The notes under the pieces: model-generated
What the model was told of the DNA's origin: nothing
What the model saw: the letters and a program-made list of their open reading frames with translations, nothing else
The model's database searches: none
Part shown: in pieces, positions 55,658 through 64,000 of the stretch
Layout: each line of letters starts with the position of its first letter
Position numbering within the stretch: the first letter of the stretch is position 1
Position numbers and translations under genes: made by a program
Assembly: GCA_002708105.2 (NCBI GenBank)
Contig: PAOQ02000016.1
Span: 2,272-66,271 of the forward strand
Reading direction: 5' to 3'
From: a bacterium
Lineage (GTDB): Bacteria; Desulfobacterota_D; UBA1144
Length of the DNA stretch: 64,000 nucleotides

Positions 55658-57382
55658 TTACTTCCTTGAGCTAAATTTAAGACCGCTTTCTGCTCTATCC
55701 CATGTTTTATCTGATATTTCTTTTAGCTCAGCAACCTTAACTTTTTGAGTTGCAGTCATAGGGAAGCCACCGTCAAACACTTCAATAAATCTAGGCACCA
55801 TAGCAACGATACATTGTTCAGCCATCCAAGTGCAAAACTCAGCTTCATCAAATTTTTCGCCGTCTTTAAGTATTATATTTAGTTTTAGCTCATCATCAGA
55901 TACGTCAGGCAGTCTCAGACCTACTGCTATTGCATCTTGAATTGCGGGATGCATTAGAGCTAAATCAGCAACCGCGATTGGGTCAACATTTTCTCCTGAC
56001 ACTCTTAGCCTTGTATGCCTTCCAATAAAGTAATAACGTCCGTCAATTCCACAAGCCATTACATCATCTGAATTGAAGAATCCATCATCATCAAAGGCTT
56101 CTCTTGTTCTTCTTTCATCTTTGAAGTACTCATTTAATGTTGTATTTGGGACCAAGGGTCTAATATATAGAATTCCTTTGGCACTATCTGGAGGAGTTGG
56201 ATCTATGTATGGATCCCAATGAGGTCTTACAACTTCTTCAATATTTTCTGGATTTCTCAGCTCAACATAAAAACCTTCGGTAGGATACCCCATTGATTTA
56301 TCTCTTTGATCTTCAGGGTTTTTCCAAAGTACCATGCCCATTTCAGTTGATCCATAACCATCAATAACTCTAACATTGAAACGTTTTTGAAACTCATCTA
56401 AATTCCTAGGAGCAGGAGATCCCAACATAATTCTAATACTATGTTTTTGGTCATATTCACTAGGTTTTGATGCATATAGATATTCTGCAACAGCACCAAG
56501 CATATTTACACATGTTGCTCCACAGTCATGTGCCCATTTAAAGAAGTTAGATGCGGAGAACTTAGGAAAAAATACTGCGGTTGCTCCTGCACCAATTGCA
56601 CAAAATAAACATAAAGCTTGAGCGTTTGCGTGTCCTAAAGACAATACACTCATTAAGGTGTCATCACTTCGAACTCCTTGTTGCTGCATATATGCTCTAA
56701 CAGTTAGTACAACACCACCGTGCTCTCTTACAACACCCTTAGGCATACCAGTAGTTCCTGAAGTAAACATACATCTTTCTTTGTCGTCTATTCCAACGCT
56801 AACATTTGGATTTTCATTTGAAAATTCGTAAAGATTATTAAATGGCTCACAATTTATTGCTCCAATTTTTGATGGAACCTTAGTAGAGTCACCAGTAACA
56901 TAAATGATTTTAAGATTTTCTAGCTTATCGGCTATATCTTCAATTAGAGGAAGGCCAGATTCATCAACAACCAAAGCTACTTGGTCTGAATAATTGATTA
57001 TATATGCAAGCCTTTCACCTTTTTCATCTTTGTTTATTGGGACTTGTATTCCACCAGTCTTATGGATTGCTAGAATTGAGAGAACAAACTCTGCACAATT
57101 GAGCATATACATACCAACCTTGTCACCTTTACCAACACCTAAATTAATCAAACCGTTTGCAACTTGATTACATTTTTCGTTTGTTTCTTTATAGGAATAA
57201 GTCTCTGCAACTTCACCACTTGAATTTGCAATTTTAAACATTGCTTTATCAGGATAGTTTTCTGCTCCTGCTTCAAGATATTTAGTCATAGGCTGCCATT
57301 TTGATGTATCATCTAGGCTACCATTTGGTAAAGAGCCAGGACCTGTAAATTCCTGCGATCTCGTTTTAAATAATAATTCCAT
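55658..57382 (-). CDS. AMP-forming acyl-CoA synthetase/ligase (paralog B)
   Basis: Same motif set as paralog A. 574 aa and colinear with A. SD GAGGTG upstream of the ATG. Confidence 0.88.
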   Translation of the reverse strand: MELLFKTRSQEFTGPGSLPNGSLDDTSKWQPMTKYLEAGAENYPDKAMFKIANSSGEVAETYSYKETNEKCNQVANGLINLGVGKGDKVGMYMLNCAEFVLSILAIHKTGGIQVPINKDEKGERLAYIINYSDQVALVVDESGLPLIEDIADKLENLKIIYVTGDSTKVPSKIGAINCEPFNNLYEFSNENPNVSVGIDDKERCMFTSGTTGMPKGVVREHGGVVLTVRAYMQQQGVRSDDTLMSVLSLGHANAQALCLFCAIGAGATAVFFPKFSASNFFKWAHDCGATCVNMLGAVAEYLYASKPSEYDQKHSIRIMLGSPAPRNLDEFQKRFNVRVIDGYGSTEMGMVLWKNPEDQRDKSMGYPTEGFYVELRNPENIEEVVRPHWDPYIDPTPPDSAKGILYIRPLVPNTTLNEYFKDERRTREAFDDDGFFNSDDVMACGIDGRYYFIGRHTRLRVSGENVDPIAVADLALMHPAIQDAIAVGLRLPDVSDDELKLNIILKDGEKFDEAEFCTWMAEQCIVAMVPRFIEVFDGGFPMTATQKVKVAELKEISDKTWDRAESGLKFSSRK

Positions 57383-57518
57383 TAATTCACCTCGTATAAA
57401 TTAAAAATAAATATAAAGATTGCCATATTTTTTAAAAAGTTTAAAGTCAATATTTATTTACTTTGGTTGAATTTTTTAGATTTTATTTATATCTTGGGAC
57501 TTTGGATCTTTATAAGCT

Positions 57519-58316
57519 TTAATAAATAGTAGACTTCTTGATTTTTTGCAAAAAATTAGCAATTTTTTTCGTAATAATAGGCTTATTTGACAAATTATCT
57601 TCAATAATCTTAATTATTGCACTCCCTATGATAATTCCATTGGATTGTTTTTTTAAAACCTTTACATGACTGGGTTCGGATATACCAAAACCTACGCAAA
57701 CAGGCTTCTTCGTCTTTCTTTTAACCTTATCAATAAATTTTTTTAAATTAATATTTAAACTCTTTCTTGCTCCAGTTACTCCAGTAACTGATACCAGATA
57801 AATAAATGAATTAGAAAGCTTAGAAATAATCTTAATTCTTTCTTTTGTGCTTGTAGGAGCAAGAAGATATACCAGCTCTATTCCGGCCTTATTGACAGCT
57901 CTTTGAGTTTCTTCAGCTTCTTCGGGTGGTAAATCAACAATTAATACTCCATCTGCACCAGACTTTTTAATTGATTTCATTATTTTTTCTAAACCGTACT
58001 GAAGAAATGGATTGAAATATCCAAAAAGAATTATCGGTGTTTTATATTTTAGCCGAAATTTTTTTACTAAGCTTAAGGCATCATCAATATTTGTGTTATT
58101 TTTTAGTGACCTTTCTGTTGCCCTTTGAATTGTAGGACCGTCGGATATTGGGTCTGAAAACGGAATTCCAAGTTCTATGATATCCACTCCATTTGTTGCA
58201 AGAGTCTCAAGTATTTTGGAACTATATTTTAGATTTGGATCTCCAGCAGTAACATAGGAGATGAAACACGCTCTATTATTCTTATTGGATTCTAAGACCG
58301 TATTTAATAATTTCAT
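57519..58316 (-). CDS. trpA: Tryptophan synthase alpha chain
   Basis: 'FISYVTAGDP', 'DIIELGIPFSDPISDGPTIQ', 'GVTGAR', 'VGFGIS'. Confidence 0.92.
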   Translation of the reverse strand: MKLLNTVLESNKNNRACFISYVTAGDPNLKYSSKILETLATNGVDIIELGIPFSDPISDGPTIQRATERSLKNNTNIDDALSLVKKFRLKYKTPIILFGYFNPFLQYGLEKIMKSIKKSGADGVLIVDLPPEEAEETQRAVNKAGIELVYLLAPTSTKERIKIISKLSNSFIYLVSVTGVTGARKSLNINLKKFIDKVKRKTKKPVCVGFGISEPSHVKVLKKQSNGIIIGSAIIKIIEDNLSNKPIITKKIANFLQKIKKSTIY

Positions 58317-59525
58317 TTATAACTTTTCCTTACTTAAAAAATCTCTAACAGATTGTAGGTCTTTATCGCCTCTGCCTGAAAGATTAACAATAATAGATTG
58401 GGATCTTCTCATTTTTTTAGCTACTTTCAAAGCATAAGCAAGGGCATGAGCAGTTTCTAGTGCCGGTATAATACCTTCCTTCTCAGAAAAGTATTGCAAC
58501 GCACTAACGGCTTCTTTATCATCGATAGATTTATATGAAATTCTTTTGATATCATTAAGAAAGGAATGTTCTGGTCCAACTCCAGGATAGTCTAATCCAG
58601 CGGAAACAGAATGGGTTTCATCAATTTGACCAAACTTATTTTGTAGCAGATAGGTTTTGCTTCCATGCAAAACTCCCTTAGATCCTGCAGATATACTTGC
58701 AGAATGCAAGCCGGTATTGACTCCACTTCCTCCTGCTTCAACTCCAACCATTTTGACCTTTGAATCATTTAAGAAGGGATAAAATAAACCTATGGCATTT
58801 GAGCCACCTCCGACACATGCAATAAGAAGATCGGGGAGCTTTGATTCGACCTTAATTATTTGTCTCCTAGTTTCTTGACCGATTATCGATTGAAAATCTC
58901 GAACTATCATTGGGTAAGGATGAGGGCCTGCAACACTACCAATTATATAGAAAGTTGAGTCAATATTAGTGACCCAATCTCTTAAGGCTTCATTGAGAGC
59001 ATCTTTTAAAGTTTTAGACCCAGAACTAACTGGTATTACTTTTGCCCCAAGTAGCTCCATTCTTTGAACGTTTATTGATTGTCGACGTGTGTCTAGTTCA
59101 CCCATATAAACCTCACAATCTAATCCTAAAAGCGCACATATTGTTGCTGTTGCAACTCCATGTTGACCCGCTCCAGTCTCGGCTATGATTCTTTTCTTAC
59201 CCATTGCTTTTGCAAGAATTGCTTGGCCAACAGTGTTGTTTATTTTGTGTGCTCCTGTATGAGCTAAATCTTCACGTTTTAAATAAATTTTTGCACCTTT
59301 TAAATCTTTAGTTGTTCTCTCTGCAAGATATAAAGGGGTGGGTCTTCCGACAAAATCCTTCAATAAACTGTTAATTTGTTTTTTAAATTTTTTGTTTTTT
59401 TTAATTTTTTTATATTCTTTTTCTAATTCATCTAAAGCAGGCATAAGCGTTTCTGAGACAAACTTTCCACCGTATTCGCCAAACCTACCGTTTTTATCTG
59501 GAAATATTTTTAGATTTTTTTTCAT
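58317..59525 (-). CDS. trpB: Tryptophan synthase beta chain
   Basis: '[15 protein letters not shown]', '[16 protein letters not shown]' (PLP Lys), '[12 protein letters not shown]', 'GGGSNAIG', '[15 protein letters not shown]'. Confidence 0.95.
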   Translation of the reverse strand: MKKNLKIFPDKNGRFGEYGGKFVSETLMPALDELEKEYKKIKKNKKFKKQINSLLKDFVGRPTPLYLAERTTKDLKGAKIYLKREDLAHTGAHKINNTVGQAILAKAMGKKRIIAETGAGQHGVATATICALLGLDCEVYMGELDTRRQSINVQRMELLGAKVIPVSSGSKTLKDALNEALRDWVTNIDSTFYIIGSVAGPHPYPMIVRDFQSIIGQETRRQIIKVESKLPDLLIACVGGGSNAIGLFYPFLNDSKVKMVGVEAGGSGVNTGLHSASISAGSKGVLHGSKTYLLQNKFGQIDETHSVSAGLDYPGVGPEHSFLNDIKRISYKSIDDKEAVSALQYFSEKEGIIPALETAHALAYALKVAKKMRRSQSIIVNLSGRGDKDLQSVRDFLSKEKL

Positions 59526-60130
59526 TGTTTAATTAATCTTACTATAGTTTCTAGTTTTTTTATATCCTTTGTTCCTGGAGTTTTTTCGACACCAGAACAA
59601 ATATCAAAGAAAGAAGTATTAGATTCTTTAATAGCGTTATTAATATTATCTATAGATAGACCTCCAGATAAAATAATTTTTTCTCTATCTACTATTTTGG
59701 AAATTAAGCCCCAATTAAATGATTTCCCTGTCCCACCATATAGATTTTTATCAAAAGTATCAAATAACCAGTATGTTGAATTTGAAAGGGTATATGAATG
59801 ATCTAAGGTATTGCTAACCGAGAAAGCTTTAATTGTATCAAATTTAATTTTTTTAATGTAATCATTGTTTTCATTTCCATGAAGCTGTATTAGCTCTAGA
59901 TTAAGCTCATCTCCTATTTTATTAACCTTGTCTATTGACTCGTTAACAAATACTCCAACTTTCTTAATTCTCTTACCTGCTAATTTCTCACATATAATTT
60001 TTGCCTTTTCAGGGAGTATGTATCTAGGGCTTTTTTTATAAAAAATAAAGCCAATAAAATCCACTTCTAGATTAGCGCAGAACAAAGCGTCTTCAAGGTT
60101 AGTTATTCCACAAATTTTTACTTTATTCAT
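59522..60130 (-). CDS. trpF: Phosphoribosylanthranilate isomerase
   Basis: 'KICGITN', 'DFIGFIF', 'SPRYI', 'IQLHGNE', 'GGTGKSFNW', 'LSGGLS', 'DICSGVE'. Confidence 0.9.
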   Translation of the reverse strand: MNKVKICGITNLEDALFCANLEVDFIGFIFYKKSPRYILPEKAKIICEKLAGKRIKKVGVFVNESIDKVNKIGDELNLELIQLHGNENNDYIKKIKFDTIKAFSVSNTLDHSYTLSNSTYWLFDTFDKNLYGGTGKSFNWGLISKIVDREKIILSGGLSIDNINNAIKESNTSFFDICSGVEKTPGTKDIKKLETIVRLIKQ

Positions 60131-61274
60131 CTTTTATTAAATCCAAGTAATCAAATTTCATTCTGTTTAAACTAAAATTCTCATTGATATTTATTTTAGC
60201 TGAATCCCCCAACGATGATAATTTATCTTTATTCTCATATGCAAAACTAATTTTTTTTGCAATGTCATCAATATCCTCTGAATCTACCAAGTAGCCATTA
60301 ATTCCATCTTTTATAAGCTCCTCAGTCCCTGAATTTTTCGAACCTATAACAGGTACCGACCTAGCCATACTCTCTATCGCAACATTCGGTAACCCTTCTA
60401 TCTTAGAATTCCAAGTTCTATTGCATAGAATAAAAGCGTTTGCTAAATCATAGAACTTGTGGATATCCTTCCTTTTAATACCCCCAGGAAAGAAAACATT
60501 ATCTTCTAAATCTAATGATGCAACTAATGATTTATATTTTTCTTTATAACTACCTTCGCCGACACAAATATATTTAATATTTTTATTTCTTATTTTTCCA
60601 AGGGCTTTAATAACGAAATCCTGGCCTTTTCTCGGTAGGAGCCTAGACACAGTTAACAAAATAAAAGTATCTTTATCTACCTTATAGCTTTCTTCTAAAG
60701 ATAAATTTTTTTTTCGTTTAACAAATTCCTCATCAATTCCATTATAAATTAATCTAATTTTTTTAGATGAAAAAAATTCATGTTCCTCACTCATTAATCT
60801 CTTTGTATTTTTACTTACCGCAATAATATATTTTGAATTTTTATATAGTCTTTTTAAGAAGAACTTTGAAAAGAGACTTGAAAGATTTTTTCTTTTTATA
60901 ATTGATTCAATTCCAGAGCCAGCAACCCTAACAATTTGATCTATATGCTTTTCATTCAATAGGCCACCAATTATCTCGGCCTCTTCTCCCAAAAAAAGAA
61001 TTTTCTTTGGCTTAAAAGTATGAATAATCTTTTTAATTTTTATTAATCCATGTAGGTATTGTAAAAGAGGAATTTTTTTAAAATATTCTCCGCCGATAAA
61101 ATTAATCCTATGAACATCAAATTTATCAAATTTTTCAGAATCTTTCTTTCCATAACTAGGGCAACAAACCATTAAGTTATTTTCTGAGCCTAATATGTCA
61201 GCAATCATCTTGGACGAAGTTGCAATTCCACCTTGAAAAGGCGGGAATTCATGAGTGTATATTAGAATATTCAT
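60123..61274 (-). CDS. Glycosyltransferase family 4 (GT-B fold)
   Basis: 'PFQGGIATS'. E-x7-E motif 'EGLPNVAIESMARSVPVIGS'. It overlaps the trpF start by 8 nt. Confidence 0.8.
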   Translation of the reverse strand: MNILIYTHEFPPFQGGIATSSKMIADILGSENNLMVCCPSYGKKDSEKFDKFDVHRINFIGGEYFKKIPLLQYLHGLIKIKKIIHTFKPKKILFLGEEAEIIGGLLNEKHIDQIVRVAGSGIESIIKRKNLSSLFSKFFLKRLYKNSKYIIAVSKNTKRLMSEEHEFFSSKKIRLIYNGIDEEFVKRKKNLSLEESYKVDKDTFILLTVSRLLPRKGQDFVIKALGKIRNKNIKYICVGEGSYKEKYKSLVASLDLEDNVFFPGGIKRKDIHKFYDLANAFILCNRTWNSKIEGLPNVAIESMARSVPVIGSKNSGTEELIKDGINGYLVDSEDIDDIAKKISFAYENKDKLSSLGDSAKININENFSLNRMKFDYLDLIKDE

Positions 61275-61354
61275 TTTTTAATTATATTGCATTATATGAT
61301 ATATAAAAGGTTTCGAATTAACGGTATAATTCTCTTTAATCTACGGAGGATATA

Positions 61355-61534
61355 ATGATAGGTGGAATAGGTGTCGGAGAATTAGTAATTATCTTGGTCA
61401 TTGTTCTTTTGATTTTTGGACCTAATAAATTAGGCGATGTTGGATCTGCTATAGGCAGAGGAATATCTGGATTCAAAAAAGCAATGAAAGATAAAGATTC
61501 TGATGAAAATAAAGACGAAGATAATAAAGTTTAA
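61355..61534 (+). CDS. tatA: Twin-arginine translocase subunit TatA/E (59 aa; not in the supplied ORF track)
   Basis: Hand translation: MIGGIGVGELVIILVIVLLIFGPNKLGDVGSAIGRGISGFKKAMKDKDSDENKDEDNKV. SD GGAGGA lies 4 nt upstream. It has the typical TM-hinge 'FGP.KL' followed by an amphipathic helix. Confidence 0.85.
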   Translation: MIGGIGVGELVIILVIVLLIFGPNKLGDVGSAIGRGISGFKKAMKDKDSDENKDEDNKV

Positions 61535-61957
61535 TCAAATCTTTTGAGCTAACTCTATTAAAACACCATTTAAACTTTTTGGGTGAGCAAATGCTACTAG
61601 AGTATTGTTAAGACCTTCTCTTGGTGTGTGATCAATCATTTCAATATTATTTTCTTTTAGGGATTTTATTCCAATTAATATATCATCAACAAGATAGCAA
61701 ACATGATGCATACCTTCTCCTCTTTTATCCAAAAATTTAGAAATCGAGGAATCAGGAACAACAGGCTCAAGAAGTTCAATTGCTGTCGATCCTGATGATT
61801 CTGGTAACAGCATGATAGCTCTAACTCCCTGATCAAGAACAGTCTCATCATGTTCAATTTTGAGACCTAATGTTCTTTGGTAAAGTTCTGCTGTGTGCGA
61901 TGCATTATGTACAGCAACACCTATATGATATAAACTTCCTACTTTAAATATTTCCAT
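61535..61957 (-). CDS. mce: Methylmalonyl-CoA epimerase (VOC superfamily)
   Basis: 'HIGVAV', 'IELLEPV', 'ISKFLDKRGEGMHHVCYLVDD', 'AFAHPKSLNGVLIELAQ'. Confidence 0.85.
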   Translation of the reverse strand: MEIFKVGSLYHIGVAVHNASHTAELYQRTLGLKIEHDETVLDQGVRAIMLLPESSGSTAIELLEPVVPDSSISKFLDKRGEGMHHVCYLVDDILIGIKSLKENNIEMIDHTPREGLNNTLVAFAHPKSLNGVLIELAQKI

Positions 61958-61990
61958 AGCAATTTAATTTAAATCATTCACGGCATTTCA

Positions 61991-63412
61991 TCAAATTATT
62001 TTATAATTTTCATCTAATTTTTTTGAAATTAGCATAATATCCAAGCCCTTTAATGTGGGGTTGGTATTGTTATTATTAAGTATTTCAGCAACAGTTTCGG
62101 CTAATTCCTCTTTAATCTCAATCCTAAAATTAGCTTTTTTACTGCTTTTTCTTATAAAAATAATTTCTCTAATTAAGTCGTAACAAATAATATCTTTCCT
62201 TGTAATTGCGCCTGATCCGTGACAAACCGCACAATCTTCACTAACAAGACTTGATGTTCTATTTCCAATTTTTTGGCGAGTCATCTCAATAATCCCAAAC
62301 TTAGACATTGGTAGTATGGAATGTTTGGCTTTGTCTTTATTCATTGAATCTTTAAAAACTTTAAAAATTTTATTTCTTTCTGACGAATTTTTCGCATCTA
62401 TGAAATCTATTAGTACAATACCGCTAAGGTTTCTTAACATCACCTGATGAGCAATTTCTTTGGCAGCATTTAAATTAACAGTAAGATTAGTTTCTTTTTT
62501 ATTATTTAAACTTCTTCCTGAATTAACATCCACAACAGTGAGACCCTCTTTCTCTTCAACAAGCAGGAAAGATCCGTTTTTTAAATTTACTTTTTTATGG
62601 AATATTCTTGATATTTCTTTATCAACCTTATTAATATTAAATATATCTTTCTTACTTGTAGAAAGACTAATTTTTATGCTCCCTTTGTTGCGACCGGAGT
62701 TTGAGGTTTGCTTCTTAAAGTAGTTATATATTTTTCTTGAATCAACTTGTATTTCACTTGTGTCATCAGTTAAAAGTTCACGATATATGTTTTCAATTAT
62801 ATTGTTTTCTTGATGAATAAGGGTTGGAATATCGCTTGCTTTAAAATCATTAATTATTTCTTTCCATTTTGCTTTAGTTTGTCTAATATCTTCCTTGATA
62901 TCCTTTAACTTTTGGTTCTCAGCTGATGTTCTAAGTATAATCCCAATATTTTTTGTTGAAAATTTCTTTAAGGTTTTGAGCCTCGATCTTTTTTCTTCGT
63001 CTATTATTTTCTTTGAGATTCCAAAAAATTTGGGTTTAGCAATGATGACACAAAATTTTGAAGGTAATGCGACAAAATCAGAAACCTTAGGGGCTTTTCT
63101 AGGGTCATAATCACTAACGCACTGTACTAAAATAAAATTTTTATCTTCTGTCTTGTATGAGTCTGAATAGTCAGTATTAAAATCTGCTTTTAATGGATGA
63201 AAGTTTGACAAGAAAGCATTTTTATTCTCACCAATCTCTACAAAAGAAGCCTCAATGCCTTTACCTGAGAGATTTTTTTTGGCTTTATATATATTTCCTC
63301 TAATAGAAGATTGTTGATTTGCGCTATCAATCAAAAAGTAAGTCAGTTTCGAATTATCAATTACACCTACTTTTATTTGATCGAGCGTCTCGCTGATTAT
63401 AATTTTTCTCAA
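61991..63412 (-). CDS. rng: Ribonuclease E/G family protein (RNase G-like, 473 aa)
   Basis: S1 domain 'GNIYKAKKNLSGKGIEASFVEIGENKNAFL', 'VVDVNSGR', 'IVLIDFIDA', 'EMTRQK', Zn-link 'CAVCHGSG'. Confidence 0.85.
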   Translation of the reverse strand: MRKIIISETLDQIKVGVIDNSKLTYFLIDSANQQSSIRGNIYKAKKNLSGKGIEASFVEIGENKNAFLSNFHPLKADFNTDYSDSYKTEDKNFILVQCVSDYDPRKAPKVSDFVALPSKFCVIIAKPKFFGISKKIIDEEKRSRLKTLKKFSTKNIGIILRTSAENQKLKDIKEDIRQTKAKWKEIINDFKASDIPTLIHQENNIIENIYRELLTDDTSEIQVDSRKIYNYFKKQTSNSGRNKGSIKISLSTSKKDIFNINKVDKEISRIFHKKVNLKNGSFLLVEEKEGLTVVDVNSGRSLNNKKETNLTVNLNAAKEIAHQVMLRNLSGIVLIDFIDAKNSSERNKIFKVFKDSMNKDKAKHSILPMSKFGIIEMTRQKIGNRTSSLVSEDCAVCHGSGAITRKDIICYDLIREIIFIRKSSKKANFRIEIKEELAETVAEILNNNNTNPTLKGLDIMLISKKLDENYKII

Positions 63413-64000
63413 TTATCTTTCTTTAATAAACTGATTATTTTTTTTACTAGTACTTCTGGTTCTAATAATCCGTTCTCTAATTTATTTACTAATTCTTTAA
63501 ATGTAGCAGTTTCTTTTGTTTTTTCCAATTCGTTTCTCAACTCCTTTTCTACCATTGTATTTAATTCAGACAACTTTCTTGTATTTCTTTTCTTTTGTAA
63601 TGACCCATTTAATTCTTCATGTTCCTTAAAAGCCATAATTTCGTCTAATAATTCATTGATTCCAACATCATTTTCTGCTTGTGTCGTAAGAACATTGGTT
63701 TTCCGAGATGAGGAATCATGTTTAAGAGATATCATATATTCAATTTCTCTAGCTAATTTATCCGCTCCACTTCTATCTGCCTTGTTAACAATAAAAATAT
63801 CTCCTATTTCCATTAATCCAGCTTTCATGGCCTGAATCCCATCTCCTGCCTCAGGAACCAGTGTTACTAATACTGAATCAGATATCTTTATTATATCTAG
63901 TTCAGTTTGTCCCACACCTACTGTTTCAATTATTACTATATCCATTCCAAAAATATCAAATAATTTTATTATGGAACTTGTACAGCTTGAAAGACCACCA
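63409..64000 (-). CDS. meaB: Methylmalonyl-CoA mutase-associated GTPase MeaB/ArgK, C-terminal part; N-terminus lies beyond the window
   Basis: 'IIETVGVGQTELDI', 'GDIFIVNKADR' (NKxD). The frame appears to stay open to the window end. Its stop overlaps the rng start by 4 nt. Confidence 0.85.
   Translation of the reverse strand, partial: GGLSSCTSSIIKLFDIFGMDIVIIETVGVGQTELDIIKISDSVLVTLVPEAGDGIQAMKAGLMEIGDIFIVNKADRSGADKLAREIEYMISLKHDSSSRKTNVLTTQAENDVGINELLDEIMAFKEHEELNGSLQKKRNTRKLSELNTMVEKELRNELEKTKETATFKELVNKLENGLLEPEVLVKKIISLLKKDN

Overview
By eye the window is AT-rich and very gene-dense. I support about 70 protein genes, one tRNA and a few RNA or regulatory candidates. I found no rRNA, CRISPR array, transposase/IS or long repeat. 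The content reads as chromosomal core of a Gram-negative-type bacterium (TonB/ExbB/ExbD, TatA, lipoproteins) with a streamlined genome; I cannot assign a taxon from sequence alone. Operons I recognise: purM (3' part); an acyl-CoA dehydrogenase / malyl-CoA-lyase-like / B12 acyl-CoA mutase operon; an assimilatory sulfate reduction operon cysI-cysD-cysN-PiT permease-cysH; trhO-sodC; grx; lysA-exbB-exbD; ddl; thiolase plus a PUR-alpha-like gene; a photolyase-related gene coupled to an unlisted 46-aa Cys4 ORF (DUF2256-like); ygfZ; trxB; an aldo/keto reductase; a surface-glycan cluster (flippase, GT-C, GtrA-like, epimerase, class II aldolase-like); tRNA-Arg(UCG); secreted protein-ptsH-ptsI; an Mqn-type radical SAM gene; bioB-bioA-bioF; carD; a Xer-like recombinase; argB-argD-argF; uvrC; nth; glnB-glnA with a near-consensus sigma-54 promoter; two tandem acyl-CoA synthetase paralogs; GT4-trpF-trpB-trpA; tatA (not in the ORF track); and meaB-rng-mce. 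I did not find a clear-cut novel multi-gene system. The items most worth a second look are: the photolyase-related/DUF2256-like pair; a self-contained small-protein unit at 18.4-18.6 kb with its own promoter, SD and terminator; a candidate stand-alone sRNA at 10.38-10.46 kb; the MeaA-like mutase module; a cys operon with no cysC and no Fe-S motif in CysH; and a UvrC without its C-terminal (HhH)2 domain. All calls come from reading motifs and structure by eye, with no searches or computations, so family assignments need HMM/BLAST confirmation.
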